Shown here: one piece after another, positions 28,252 through 38,559 of the stretch | How the letters are laid out: each line of letters starts with the position of its first letter | How positions within the stretch are numbered: the stretch's first letter is position 1 | Sequence record: NC_070957.1 | Reading direction: 5' to 3' (one strand) | Length of the DNA stretch: 64,000 nt | Position numbers and translations under genes: made by a program | The notes under the pieces: model-generated | The model's database searches: none | The model's input: only the letters and a program-made list of their open reading frames with translations | What the model was told of the DNA's origin: nothing

Positions 28252-28555
28252 GGGGTTACAACCCCAAGGGATATTCTCCCATAACTGTGCATTCCCGGGT
28301 GTCCCTACCGAGGTGGCTGCAAACCTCATTGGGATGTCTTTCAACATCTACGGGGTTAACCACCAAATCCCGTTCAATCCCAACTTGGGTAACGAAGGTC
28401 TGGAGAGCGAAGACAAGAACATTGAAACTCGCAACCTGGACACGTATTACCAGTTGAAGAGTCTTCTGGGTAACTTCTCCAGGGAGTACACCAAAGTCGA
28501 TGCCGAAGTTCGGTGTAGCAATGGTCTGTTCATGATTACCTTTAAATGCTGGTAA
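28238..28555 (+). CDS. Hypothetical protein
   Basis: GGAGG SD before MEQFRG. Confidence 0.65.
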   Translation: MEQFRGLQPQGIFSHNCAFPGVPTEVAANLIGMSFNIYGVNHQIPFNPNLGNEGLESEDKNIETRNLDTYYQLKSLLGNFSREYTKVDAEVRCSNGLFMITFKCW

Positions 28556-28564
28556 GGAAATCAA

Positions 28565-28915
28565 ATGCAGATCATGTTGAACCACTTCGACTATGACACT
28601 CTGATCCCAGTGATACAAAGTGTTGCAGGAGATGACGTCCCGTTAACCTTGGAAACGATCACTCAAGTTTTGGTACAGATGTCTGAAAGAGTCTGTGATG
28701 CAACCTTAACGAGATGTGATTTGACAGAGGCTGAATTGGAATTTACTGACGCAATGTGTCTTCCATTAGTGAAGAATGAAATGTTGACTGCTGTCAGGAT
28801 ATTCCCTGAGCGTCATCAAGTGGTAAGATATGGTAATAATTTGATTACCTTCCCCACCATCATTGCTGAGGTTTATAATGACACTCGACCAGATCTCCGA
28901 TGGGGATATTGTTAA
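28565..28915 (+). CDS. Hypothetical protein
   Basis: AAGGA SD. Confidence 0.65.
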   Translation: MQIMLNHFDYDTLIPVIQSVAGDDVPLTLETITQVLVQMSERVCDATLTRCDLTEAELEFTDAMCLPLVKNEMLTAVRIFPERHQVVRYGNNLITFPTIIAEVYNDTRPDLRWGYC

Positions 28916-29300
28916 CTTCGATATGGTCTTTCCTGGGATTCTTCAATCCCAGTATAAAGGCGTGGTAGTAACAGGGGTTTTCGATTACATCGTTGCTCGT
29001 GCTCTCGATCCGGAACTCCAGGTCAAGCATGATGCACTCTATCCTTACTTCAAGGATAGCGTCAACGATGTGAACGATCCCAGTGTCTACCGTTATTTCG
29101 GTATTCGTCCTGATCCGACGAGTTCTGAAATTGTTGTTATCGGTTATCCCTGGATTCGACCGGACAGCCTCCAAGTCACACAAGGACGCGAAGCAGTTCT
29201 GATCATCTCCCCCTGGCAGCAAAGTTATGAAGCTCCTCTCAAGGACTTCCTTCGTAACCTGAACGCCGGGTTTGTTATTCGGATCGACGATAAGAAATAA
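28863..29300 (+). CDS. Conserved phiKZ-like hypothetical protein
   Basis: IGDIVNF...IL...Y.GV.V.G..DY motif; position directly before DNA polymerase. Confidence 0.6.
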   Translation: MLRFIMTLDQISDGDIVNFDMVFPGILQSQYKGVVVTGVFDYIVARALDPELQVKHDALYPYFKDSVNDVNDPSVYRYFGIRPDPTSSEIVVIGYPWIRPDSLQVTQGREAVLIISPWQQSYEAPLKDFLRNLNAGFVIRIDDKK

Positions 29301-29374
29301 GTTAAAGGTTACTGTCGCTACCATCTGGTAGCGACAGTAACTATTCTTTGTTTATTTTCTTATCTGGAGAGATC

Positions 29375-31438
29375 ATGTCCAACGATAATCCATTTCTCTC
29401 TGAGAAATATAGTTCCGACAGGAACATTATTAAGCACAACCTCGATCAGCAGGCGTTGGTTATTTCGAGGATGCGAAACGAACCTTATCAAGAGGTCCGT
29501 AACAATTTAGTCAAGTTCTATAAAGCGCACAAAGATGAATTCAAGTCCAAGAAAGCTAAGGTCTTGGTAAAGAACAAACATGGTGACCGAGAGCTCCAGA
29601 TACGTTCCATCTTCAGTGTGTTTAAAGAAGTACAAGCGAACAACTATCACTTTAGCCCGTCAATGATTGGTTATACAAACTCTGATGAAGAAGAGTGTGT
29701 TAACTCAATCGGTACCCGTCAGTTCATTGACAACCGTAAGTTCTATAAGGACAAACGGCAAGAGGTACCCAAAGGTGGTGATATGTGGACGAAGTACAAC
29801 GAACTTCAGAACGCATTCAAAATCTTTAACAACGCCCAATCAGGCGCGATGTCCTCCGAAGGTACACCGATCAACAATAAGACTGGCCACACTTCATTGA
29901 CGTCAAGCACTCGTTGTTTAACGTCGACAGCAAACCTGATTAACGAACAGTTCATAGCTGGTAACCGTTTCTATAACACTCCAGAAAACACAATGCAGGC
30001 GATCATTGCTCGTCTGACAGTGAGTAATCTGAATGATATCGAAATGGTAATCAACAAGTTTGGGTTGAAAATACCGACTGTTGAAGATGTGATGAAAATC
30101 GTGGAACGATGCTCTAGACGGTATTGGTCGTCAGCACTCGTTATGCGGTACATCAAGGTATTCCTGGACACGCTAAGTGGTCTTGAGTTAGCTGCCATAG
30201 CGTACACACTTGACTTGGTAACACTGTACGAGTTGAACGTTCCGGTTATTACGAAACTGTTTGACGACTACGTGCACATCCCTGATTACGTTGAAGGTAA
30301 AGAGGGGATTAAACCGAACACTGGTGACCGTTATGTGTTGTGTATTTCCAAGCTTCCTCCTAAATCAGAGAAAGCCTGGGTTCCGCAGCTCAACGAATAC
30401 CACATGTCAGTTGAACAGAAGTATGCTGATCTGTTCCGTGTGTTCTTCAAATCCAAAATACCACCATCTGGTCTGTTCGATGTAACCAGCGCTATCCGTG
30501 ACGTGGTACTCACTTCCGATACTGACTCGTCCATCTATACAGTGGACGATATGATCGCGAACTACACCACTGAGCATGAAACTGTGGTACGACTGAATGG
30601 CGTGCTCACGTACTTCATTCGGATGATCTCTGTGGACCAACACGCTCAGCTTTCAGCCAACATGAACGTGTCACAGAAGAACATCAACCTGCTCACCATG
30701 AAGAACGAATACTTCTTCGGTGCTTATGTCACCACATCCATGTCTAAACACTATTACGCGACTCAGCGTATGGTTGAAGGTGTGACCAACCCTGAACCCG
30801 ATATCGAGATCAAGGGTGTTCACCTGAAGTCTTCTAAGATCTCTCCGAAGATTAAAGAAGTAGCTGTGAAGATGATGGAAGAAGCATTGTTCGCTCTGGA
30901 AGAATCCAGAACACTTGACGCAGCTCAGACATTGGCGGATATCGCCAACCTGGAGCGTGAAGTTATCGGTGAACTCCAGAAGGGTGAGTATAGCTGGTTG
31001 TCAAAAGAAACCATCAAAGTTAAGGCGGTGTACGGTAACCCTGATAGCCAGATCTATCTTTACCACGATATGTGGGAATCGGTGTTCTCCGATAAGTATG
31101 GTCCTGCTCCAGAACTTCCATATACTGTTGTTAAAATGTCCGTAGATCTTGGAAACAAAACCAAGCTCGAAAGCTACCTTAACAGCATCAAAGATTCCGA
31201 AATCCGTGAGCGCCTCAGATCTTTCCTTGAGAACAAAGGAAAGAAAGACATGTCCAACATGTACGCTCCTCTAGAGCGTCTTCAGAACCTCCAGGATATT
31301 CCCGAGGAGATGAAACAGGCTATGGATATGCGGACTGTGATAAAGCAAAACTTCAAATGTATTTACGAGGTATTGCACTCCACAGGGATCTATGTGATGA
31401 ACGATAGTATCTCTCGACTCATCTCAGATGAACATTAA
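29375..31438 (+). CDS. Family B DNA polymerase, catalytic subunit (phiKZ gp50-like)
   Basis: KIFNNAQSG, SDTDSSIY catalytic motif, MKNEY, KHY, EIKGVHLK. Confidence 0.88.
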   Translation: MSNDNPFLSEKYSSDRNIIKHNLDQQALVISRMRNEPYQEVRNNLVKFYKAHKDEFKSKKAKVLVKNKHGDRELQIRSIFSVFKEVQANNYHFSPSMIGYTNSDEEECVNSIGTRQFIDNRKFYKDKRQEVPKGGDMWTKYNELQNAFKIFNNAQSGAMSSEGTPINNKTGHTSLTSSTRCLTSTANLINEQFIAGNRFYNTPENTMQAIIARLTVSNLNDIEMVINKFGLKIPTVEDVMKIVERCSRRYWSSALVMRYIKVFLDTLSGLELAAIAYTLDLVTLYELNVPVITKLFDDYVHIPDYVEGKEGIKPNTGDRYVLCISKLPPKSEKAWVPQLNEYHMSVEQKYADLFRVFFKSKIPPSGLFDVTSAIRDVVLTSDTDSSIYTVDDMIANYTTEHETVVRLNGVLTYFIRMISVDQHAQLSANMNVSQKNINLLTMKNEYFFGAYVTTSMSKHYYATQRMVEGVTNPEPDIEIKGVHLKSSKISPKIKEVAVKMMEEALFALEESRTLDAAQTLADIANLEREVIGELQKGEYSWLSKETIKVKAVYGNPDSQIYLYHDMWESVFSDKYGPAPELPYTVVKMSVDLGNKTKLESYLNSIKDSEIRERLRSFLENKGKKDMSNMYAPLERLQNLQDIPEEMKQAMDMRTVIKQNFKCIYEVLHSTGIYVMNDSISRLISDEH

Positions 31439-31492
31439 TATTATGTAGAAAACCAACCCTCTCCCGCATCGCCGGGAGAGGGTTAATCTATG

Positions 31493-32593
31493 TTACATTT
31501 TTTCTTTCACATCTTTGTAAGTGTCAATGAAGAACTTCTTCCACTTGGGGTCTTTGACGTTCTCAAAGAGGAATCCAGGAGGAGTCTTAAAGAAAGTCTT
31601 GAGGTCAGAAGAGACCTTAGGATCTTCAAACCCTACGAACTCACCCAGATCCAGAAACCCTTGAACGTTATAAAGGTTAGCAAGTGTCCAGACCCAACTC
31701 AACTGTATATAGTAGAGTGACTTACCTGGGTTAGTGAAAACGTATGGTTTCAACGTCCCCCTGTCAAACAAAGAGACTTGATATCCCATGTACTGACTGA
31801 ATGACTTCATTGGTGTCGCCATCATTGTACGACGTTTCCAGGCGTTCAATTCACCAACCGCTGGAATGTAGTTTTCCATTGCAAAGGGTGATTTATCAGC
31901 GTCCGGAACTTGACCATGTTCCCACATATCGAGGACAACCAAATCGTTGTAATCCATCCACATGTCCATGATGACTTGGAAGACATAGTGGTGTGGAGAA
32001 AGGCCAAGTGAAACATTACGAGCAATACGATCCTTCAGATACCAGTAGTATCCTGCGACAAATGCCGGGAGATCCAACTCGAGTATTGTGAAGACATCGC
32101 TACTGTGATTCTTCTTATTCGTATCTATCAACTTCTGACAATCCCAATAGTGCTTACCACCGTTGGTCATTATCGGAAAGAGTGATTTGATGCGATTTGA
32201 ATTTTCACTGGCGATATTTATATTGTGTAACGAACTGGACGCATAGTCCATAGAAGTTACTACAAGTGTGTTGTGATTCATTTCCGGAAAGAACTTTCCA
32301 GGGAAGTTGATCCCATCACGATAGAGAGTGACAAGGTTAACATCGTTGGCTGCGCGTCTTGCTTTTCCGTTGATAACAGAGAGCAATGTACTTGGAGACC
32401 ATGACGGGTCAACCGACACTTCTAGCAATAAGGTTACTAACGGATGATCGTTTTCAACCACCCTGTTCCCAGCTAAACTGAACTCAAAGAACCTTGAACG
32501 ATTTCTCGCCATGATCCTGTTCAGGTTATCTCGAGGTCCGTAGTTAGGAATCGGATAGTTGATTCCATTATCACGGAGAATGAAAGTTGACAT
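31493..32593 (-). CDS. Conserved phiKZ-like protein between DNA polymerase and chimallin
   Basis: 366-aa ORF; gene order matches the phiKZ core block. Confidence 0.7.
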   Translation of the reverse strand: MSTFILRDNGINYPIPNYGPRDNLNRIMARNRSRFFEFSLAGNRVVENDHPLVTLLLEVSVDPSWSPSTLLSVINGKARRAANDVNLVTLYRDGINFPGKFFPEMNHNTLVVTSMDYASSSLHNINIASENSNRIKSLFPIMTNGGKHYWDCQKLIDTNKKNHSSDVFTILELDLPAFVAGYYWYLKDRIARNVSLGLSPHHYVFQVIMDMWMDYNDLVVLDMWEHGQVPDADKSPFAMENYIPAVGELNAWKRRTMMATPMKSFSQYMGYQVSLFDRGTLKPYVFTNPGKSLYYIQLSWVWTLANLYNVQGFLDLGEFVGFEDPKVSSDLKTFFKTPPGFLFENVKDPKWKKFFIDTYKDVKEKM

Positions 32594-32831
32594 GTAAACC
32601 TCGTTGATTTAATTCTTCAAAATAGTTTCCTATTATATGTAAACAAATGTCAAGGAGTAATCCTTGGCTTTGCGCGGGAGACGTCCGTCTTGTAATAAAT
32701 CTGGTACAAAAGATCGTTAAAAATTGACGTTCTATAAATTTTCAGATATATATTATTAGAGTGTAATAGTAGAACAGATTGTTCGAAATTCAAGACGTCC
32801 TGAGTTTTAAAGCAATAAAGGATAACATGTA

Positions 32832-34820
32832 ATGTCCGATAAACCTTCCAACAAAGGTTTCAGTCTCCCTGGACAAGACAGTCCTAGTGAAACTGGTGCC
32901 CAACACCAACCTGCCGTATCTGAAGTTCAAACCAAACCCGTAACCACCCTCAAAGAAGGAAAAGTGAATATGTCTATCAACTCCCTGGCCTCCCTGATCG
33001 GTATGTCCTCCCTGGTTTCCCAAGCTGGCACCATCCCGGAAGTGAAAGCAATCGCCAAAGGTATCGACGACGCCGTGGCTGATCTGAAGCGTCAGATCGC
33101 TACCCCTGAGCAAATGGCAACCCTGCCGGCCGACGTGACCCACCTGACCTCCGACATCACCCAGCACCTGCCGGGTATCGTACTGCCGCTGCGCCTGGGC
33201 CAGACCGTGTACGTGATGCCGATCCTGTTCTGGAAAGCCGGTGTGACCGACGCTACCGACACCATCATGGTGAACCAAGGTGAAGCACCGCGTGGTTTCG
33301 CCAAGACCGCGTCCAGCTTCATGCACATCGACATGATCAACAAGATCCGCGACAGCTTCGCCTTCTACGGCGAGAAGAAAGCTGACGAAGTCATGGCCAC
33401 CAGCCCCTGCGTGATCAACCTGGAGCACTGGATCAAGGAAGGCAAGAACACCGAAGAAATGGTGCGCGAAGTCGTCAACGTGATCCTGACCGAATGGCAC
33501 GCTGGTCTGATGACCCTGGGCGTGATGCTGACCACCAAGGCCGGCGGTACCATCCCCAGCCCGTTCAAGAACAGCAAGCTGTTCGGTGATCAGGACACTG
33601 CCATCGCTCGTGTAGAAGCTGCCTACAACCCGGTCATCCGTGGTGTCACCACCGGTTACAACCTGGCTGTCAACATCTCTACCGCGCCGAAGAACGCTCA
33701 CATGGTCCACACCAACAACATGAACGCCAAGTCGGTCTGCAAGACCTTCCTGAACGTCCAGTTGGACACCATGCAGCCGCAGCAGTACGGTCATCTCCGT
33801 CAGCGTGCCGGTATGGGTCAGAACGTTGGTCCGATCGTTCCGGTCATCTCCATCGGTCAGACCATCCCGGGTGAAACCCTGAACCACAACCAGTCCATCC
33901 TGTCGGCCGCCCTGGGTCTGTTCGCAGCCCTGACCGCCAACAACCTGCGTTTCTACTCCGAAGCAATCCGTGCCAAGGAAGTGGGTCACCGCGGTAACCT
34001 GGCTGTGTTCAACAACTACCTGTCCGCCATCACCCAGGGTCAGTACACCTCCGATCAGCTGCTGTCCGCCAAGAACATCAGCAACGTCGCCGTGGTGAAC
34101 GACTGGATCCAACGCTTCGTGAACAGCCGCGCTGTCTACGTAGTCGACGTACCGACCTTCGGTCCGGATTCCAGCATCTCTGACTTCTGGATGGGCATGG
34201 CCAAGTTCGGTCCGGGCTCCCTGTACCAGAACACTCTGATCGCCATCTTCGATGCACTGACCAACAAGAAGTTCAGCGAGAAGGCAGAAGAGAACGCCAA
34301 GATGGCTCAGCGTGATCCGTCCAAGCACTGGACCAAGGCCGACAAGGTTCTGTCCCTGACCCAGATGATCGTCCCGCGCGGCCGTGCTCAGGGCAAGGAT
34401 GGCAAGTGGTTCTGCCTGAGCGAAATCGATGGCATGTTCCTGCGTCAGACCGAGTACCTGGGTACCAACGAAGTCGAGATCGCCGAGTACCAAGCTCTGG
34501 TACAAGGTTCCGTTCCGGGCGTTGATCGTCGCACCCGCGAGTTCAACCTGATCAACAAGCTCCAGCACATGTTCCAGGGCAACGTGATCATCGATGGTTT
34601 CGATGCTCGCCTGATCTGGTCCTCTGCGCTGTTCAACACCCTGGCCGAAGCAATGGTTTCCACCGGTACTCTGACCGTGAACTCCAGCGCTCACCAGTCC
34701 AACTGGACCATGGAATACTCCAACGAGCTGTTCGACCACTTCATGACTGCCGGTATCGTTCCGCAAGTCGGTGGTGGCGCGAGCGCTGCTCAGTTCGGCA
34801 TGTACTCCAACCTGGTCTAA
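32832..34820 (+). CDS. chmA: Chimallin, major phage-nucleus shell protein
   Basis: 662 aa, disordered N-terminus, extreme codon optimisation, own promoter, located between DNA polymerase block and nvRNAP beta' gene; motif order resembles recalled ChmA. Confidence 0.8.
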   Translation: MSDKPSNKGFSLPGQDSPSETGAQHQPAVSEVQTKPVTTLKEGKVNMSINSLASLIGMSSLVSQAGTIPEVKAIAKGIDDAVADLKRQIATPEQMATLPADVTHLTSDITQHLPGIVLPLRLGQTVYVMPILFWKAGVTDATDTIMVNQGEAPRGFAKTASSFMHIDMINKIRDSFAFYGEKKADEVMATSPCVINLEHWIKEGKNTEEMVREVVNVILTEWHAGLMTLGVMLTTKAGGTIPSPFKNSKLFGDQDTAIARVEAAYNPVIRGVTTGYNLAVNISTAPKNAHMVHTNNMNAKSVCKTFLNVQLDTMQPQQYGHLRQRAGMGQNVGPIVPVISIGQTIPGETLNHNQSILSAALGLFAALTANNLRFYSEAIRAKEVGHRGNLAVFNNYLSAITQGQYTSDQLLSAKNISNVAVVNDWIQRFVNSRAVYVVDVPTFGPDSSISDFWMGMAKFGPGSLYQNTLIAIFDALTNKKFSEKAEENAKMAQRDPSKHWTKADKVLSLTQMIVPRGRAQGKDGKWFCLSEIDGMFLRQTEYLGTNEVEIAEYQALVQGSVPGVDRRTREFNLINKLQHMFQGNVIIDGFDARLIWSSALFNTLAEAMVSTGTLTVNSSAHQSNWTMEYSNELFDHFMTAGIVPQVGGGASAAQFGMYSNLV

Positions 34821-34851
34821 GTAGACCTGAAGTAACTTAGTGCCAATTCAC

Positions 34852-34878
34852 AGGAGGGGGAGAAATCCTCCTCCTGTG
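34852..34878 (+). terminator. Terminator after chmA
   Basis: CAGGAGGGGGAG-AAAT-CCTCCTCCTG region followed by T-tract. Confidence 0.65.
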
Positions 34879-34922
34879 TTTTTCTTTTGTTCTTTTTTAT
34901 TTTTGTCTCTAAGGAGTTAGAA

Positions 34923-35195
34923 ATGTTTATCTTCTTGGTAAGTCGTGATTTCAATAACGTCGGTTACGACCAGTACATTTCTTTCGCGTGTGTTGCTAGT
35001 ACAGCAGAAGAAGCCAAAATGATGAAACCTTGGGAAGTGAGTGAGTCATTCGACCCCAAAGAAGTCCTGGCCAACTACGATCCTAAGGATAAGGAGTGGA
35101 TCAAAGAAGGTGAAGAAATTACTATTCGTTGCGCTGGACAGTCAGGAGAAGATATTCAAAAGGGTGTCATCCACACCAGTTATCACCATGCATAA
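34923..35195 (+). CDS. Small phage protein (YDxY family)
   Basis: AAGGAG SD; MFIFLVSR..GYDQY. Confidence 0.75.
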   Translation: MFIFLVSRDFNNVGYDQYISFACVASTAEEAKMMKPWEVSESFDPKEVLANYDPKDKEWIKEGEEITIRCAGQSGEDIQKGVIHTSYHHA

Positions 35196-35210
35196 ACAAC
35201 GAGGTGCTGT

Positions 35211-35474
35211 ATGTTCCTTTTCCTGGTAAGTCGCGAAGACCGTGTTGACTACGAGGAGTACTTTTCCTTTGTCTGTGCCGCCGAAACTCAGGCAGATGCT
35301 ATTGCGATGCATCCCGAACAGGACTCCCCTGATAATCCCGATGGACACGGTAAAGAACCCCACGAGTTCTCTGGCTGGACCAAAGACAAGAGCGCTATTA
35401 GCGTCATGATTCTCGGTGAAGCCGCTCCGAATATCAGAGCTGGGGTATTGCATAGCAGTAATAAAGGCAGTTGA
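35211..35474 (+). CDS. Small phage protein (YDxY family), tandem paralog
   Basis: GAGGT SD; MFLFLVSR..DYEEY. Confidence 0.75.
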   Translation: MFLFLVSREDRVDYEEYFSFVCAAETQADAIAMHPEQDSPDNPDGHGKEPHEFSGWTKDKSAISVMILGEAAPNIRAGVLHSSNKGS

Positions 35475-35572
35475 TTTACAACCGCTATAAATAAAGAAAC
35501 AGATATCATTGAAATGATACACCAGAGACAGTTCTTTGAGAACGGTCAATAATAAATGTAAAGGAGAAGTGC

Positions 35573-36988
35573 GTGAGTACCATTATCCGAGTTCTTAAGG
35601 ATTACTCCGAAGAACAATTACTTCCTCAAAATCTCTTCAACCAGATTCTCGAGGGCACGGGGTATATTCCGGAAATGGATGATGAGCGGTTCTATACTGC
35701 AATCTATCCCCATTTCGAAAACTACGACCAACGACACGACAACTGCACAACACTCCCGATCTACCTGAATGACCACGACTTTCGAATCGAAGAAGATCGT
35801 GAACGTATCGTGCAAGCCCTTCGTACCGAGTATGAAGGTAACACATTCGATACGGTTGCAGTTTGTTCACCCAGCTGCGGTAAGTATCGCGGCAACATGT
35901 ATCTCAACTCTGGGATTGTCTGTGACGTTTGTGGCGAGACACCAAGTCGTCCACTGAGCGAACAGATCGAGACCAAGGTTTGGTTGAGAACTCCACCCAG
36001 GGTTTCTGGTTTCCTGTCACCGGCTATATATGAGGTATTCCTCAGTAAGCTCAAAACCAAAACACCGAAAATCAATTTCGTTCAGTATTGGATGGATGAA
36101 GGTTATCGGAGAGACAAACGGTTCCGTGATCCAGTAGGTGAAACACCGGCGTACAAAATGGCTCAGAAGCTCAATGCTTTTAGTAGTGCCATTGGTATCG
36201 ACTTCGGGTATAATAATTTTATCGATAACATCGATACGATTATCAATGCAGCAGTCACCCAAGACTTTATGGGGATCCTCGATCTCAATGAAGTACAACG
36301 TGACCATTGCACCCGGTTCTGGGCCAAGTATAAGGAGTTTGCAGTTAGCAACTTCCTTCCGCTTCCGAACAAGATTGCCACGGTGATCGAATCTGACCAA
36401 CGTGACCGTTACGTCAACAAGGAAAAGACTGATCTGGAAAAGATCTTCTTTACCATAGCAGATATGTATCACGAAATGGACCATCGTTCTGTTCAGAACG
36501 AAGTTCTGTTCGGTAAGAACTATTTCGAGATGCAGGCAGTGATGCTCAAAGTGATGAAAGAGATTCTCTTTAAGAAGAAGGGGATGTTCCGATATCACGC
36601 CGGGGCTGGTAAACTGCCATTTACTGGGCGCTCCATCATTACCGGTGAATCAGGCGTTTGTCGTTCTGATACCGTGGTGGTTCCCTGGCTTTATGGCATC
36701 ACCTGTTTGAACCATCATCTGACCAACTGGTTGTACCGTCGCGGCTATACACCCAAAGCGGTTAAGCGGATCATCCGTGAATCTGCCAACTTCCGTCACC
36801 CGGTGATAGAAGAGTTCTTTGACTGGGTGGAGAACAACCGCTATGCTGTAGCAACAGTAGGTCGTAACCCATCGATTCAGTTCTTGTCATCAAGAACTTT
36901 CTTCATCAAGTTCAACCGGGATATTGAGGATAAGTCTATTCGTATCCCAATCACCTGCGTGAAAGAATTTGGTGCTGACTTTGACGGT
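35573..36988 (+). CDS. Non-virion RNAP beta'-like subunit (phiKZ gp55-like), exon 1
   Basis: Zn-finger CGKY..CDVC, GRSII, RNPSI, ends GADFDG. Confidence 0.9.
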
Positions 36989-37298
36989 AAACTAAATTGC
37001 TGTCATTAAACCCTTTCAATTGCTGGAAACCCCTTAGAGCTCGATCAACTACAACGCAACCAGAAATGGTAAACGTGAATGTTTGAAAATGATCGAGATT
37101 GGGCAATCAGCAGCGAAGACTCTAAGTACATCTGTGATAGATGGATATGAGTAACGTTCAACGACTACGTTCCCAGAAGCCTGGGATGATGAGGGCACCC
37201 TAAAGGGTGAAGATATAGTCTCTACCGGTATGAAAGTATCGGAAAGATCATTTAGCGAATGATCATAAAGCCGTCGAGATGACGTTACAATGTAATAG
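36989..37298 (+). mobile_element. Group I intron, 310 nt, no ORF
   Basis: P AATTGCTGGAAA 37018, Q AATCAGCAG 37105, R GTTCAACGACTA 37156, S AAGATATAGTCT 37210; P1 GACGGT/GCTGTC with U-G at 5' splice site; terminal G. Confidence 0.92.
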
Positions 37299-37484
37299 GA
37301 TCAAATGTACGTATGGTTCATTCCGGACCTGTTCGGTAAAGTTGCTGGCTACGCCAACTTTGGTCATCAGCAAATGCTCGACCCGAACAAACCGTTCCGT
37401 ACCAGTCGGTTCGCAACTCGCGCCAAGAACGTTCTTCTCAACCTCAACTCGCAATTATTGGACGAGCCAATAGCGGAGGATTAA
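37299..37484 (+). CDS. Non-virion RNAP beta'-like subunit, exon 2 (not in ORF track)
   Basis: 61 codons DQMYVWFIPD...; splicing restores ADFDGDQM; spliced protein 533 aa. Confidence 0.88.
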   Translation, partial: DQMYVWFIPDLFGKVAGYANFGHQQMLDPNKPFRTSRFATRAKNVLLNLNSQLLDEPIAED

Positions 37485-37489
37485 TAATA

Positions 37490-38155
37490 GTGATCAATGT
37501 AACAAGCGCGTTCTCAATGGGTATCGGTGGTAGCATGTCTAAAGCCGCTGCTGATGTTTATAACCAAACTCTGACTTCGATATATGACGGGATGTCGAAC
37601 CTGGGTGGTTGGTTGGGTGGCGCTGTCCAATCGGTTGTCCAAAGCCATGAAAACTTCATGAACTCTAACATGTGGGAGTTCAGTAAGCGGATTGGTAAAG
37701 ACGGTCACTATGTTGGACGTTTCGATGTAGGTTACCTGTCGGAAGTGGGTTATCAACAACAAGCTGTCGGGTTGATGCGGAACTACATCATGGCTAACCC
37801 CAAGATGATGGAACTGTACGAAGCCGATCGCATATCTGGTTATGATGGTGAAATCTCTGATCTCTGTAGTGGGATCGGTCGTGACAACTATTTCTATAAC
37901 CGTGCTGTTGATGGCCTGATGCGCATCGAAGATGATGAAGCGGTGCGTACTCACTACGCCACATCTCTCGACAAGTATACTCACTTGTCAGCGATGGAAC
38001 GTGTGGATATCAAACGTACCTGGGCGGCTAGCAATATCCATATTGCTAAGAACCTCTTTGACCCAAGTAGTATTTCTGGCGGGAAGATTCTTTCTGTAGA
38101 GGAAGTTGAAGCCATCCAGAAACAAATGGAAGAAGAAGCGGGCGACGCCCAGTAA
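37490..38155 (+). CDS. Conserved phiKZ-like hypothetical protein
   Basis: Long ORF, QQAVGLMRNYIMANP motif; core-block position. Confidence 0.7.
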   Translation: MINVTSAFSMGIGGSMSKAAADVYNQTLTSIYDGMSNLGGWLGGAVQSVVQSHENFMNSNMWEFSKRIGKDGHYVGRFDVGYLSEVGYQQQAVGLMRNYIMANPKMMELYEADRISGYDGEISDLCSGIGRDNYFYNRAVDGLMRIEDDEAVRTHYATSLDKYTHLSAMERVDIKRTWAASNIHIAKNLFDPSSISGGKILSVEEVEAIQKQMEEEAGDAQ

Positions 38156-38225
38156 TAGGTGGGAGCTAACCGGGAGACCGGTTAGCTCTTCCTTTATATA
38201 GTTATTTTTTTTTTAGGAGTGTTAT

Positions 38226-38558
38226 ATGACCCCCGAAATTATCCATGAAGACGGTGTTGTTACCGCATTCAAAGTGAATGACCATCTCTATCGCGTTCAC
38301 CCCAAGAACCTTGAAGTGGGGACTTATCAAGGCGTGGTCAAGTTCCAAAAAGGAGACCCGGCAATAGAAGAGAATGGTTTGACCTTGGAAGCACTACTCG
38401 CGATCTGTATCAGTCGGCTGGATAGTTGTAACCAAGGTAACTTCAAATGTCTCCATAACGATCTCGCAATCGAACATATGAAAGCTGCCAAGGTAGCTCT
38501 CGAAGAAAGACAGTCCGATCGCAAGAACCGTTTTGTACTTGCTACCGATAAGGTGTAA
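38226..38558 (+). CDS. tad1: Tad1-like immune-signal sponge
   Basis: FQKG..NG...E.LL....RL...Q..F.C..N..AI..M..A...L..R..DR..R.V..T matches recalled Tad1 consensus. Confidence 0.7.
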   Translation: MTPEIIHEDGVVTAFKVNDHLYRVHPKNLEVGTYQGVVKFQKGDPAIEENGLTLEALLAICISRLDSCNQGNFKCLHNDLAIEHMKAAKVALEERQSDRKNRFVLATDKV

Positions 38559-38559
38559 T

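Noticed and set aside
32790-34766. 658-aa antisense ORF and similar long antisense ORFs (21670-22917, 25849-26718, 46529-47563, 48506-50086)
   Set aside because: Shadow ORFs produced by C-ending codon bias of the real plus-strand genes; no SD or recognisable motifs.
36989-37009. C-terminus KLNCCH of the 478-aa RNAP ORF
   Set aside because: These codons are intron sequence; the true C-terminus comes from exon 2.
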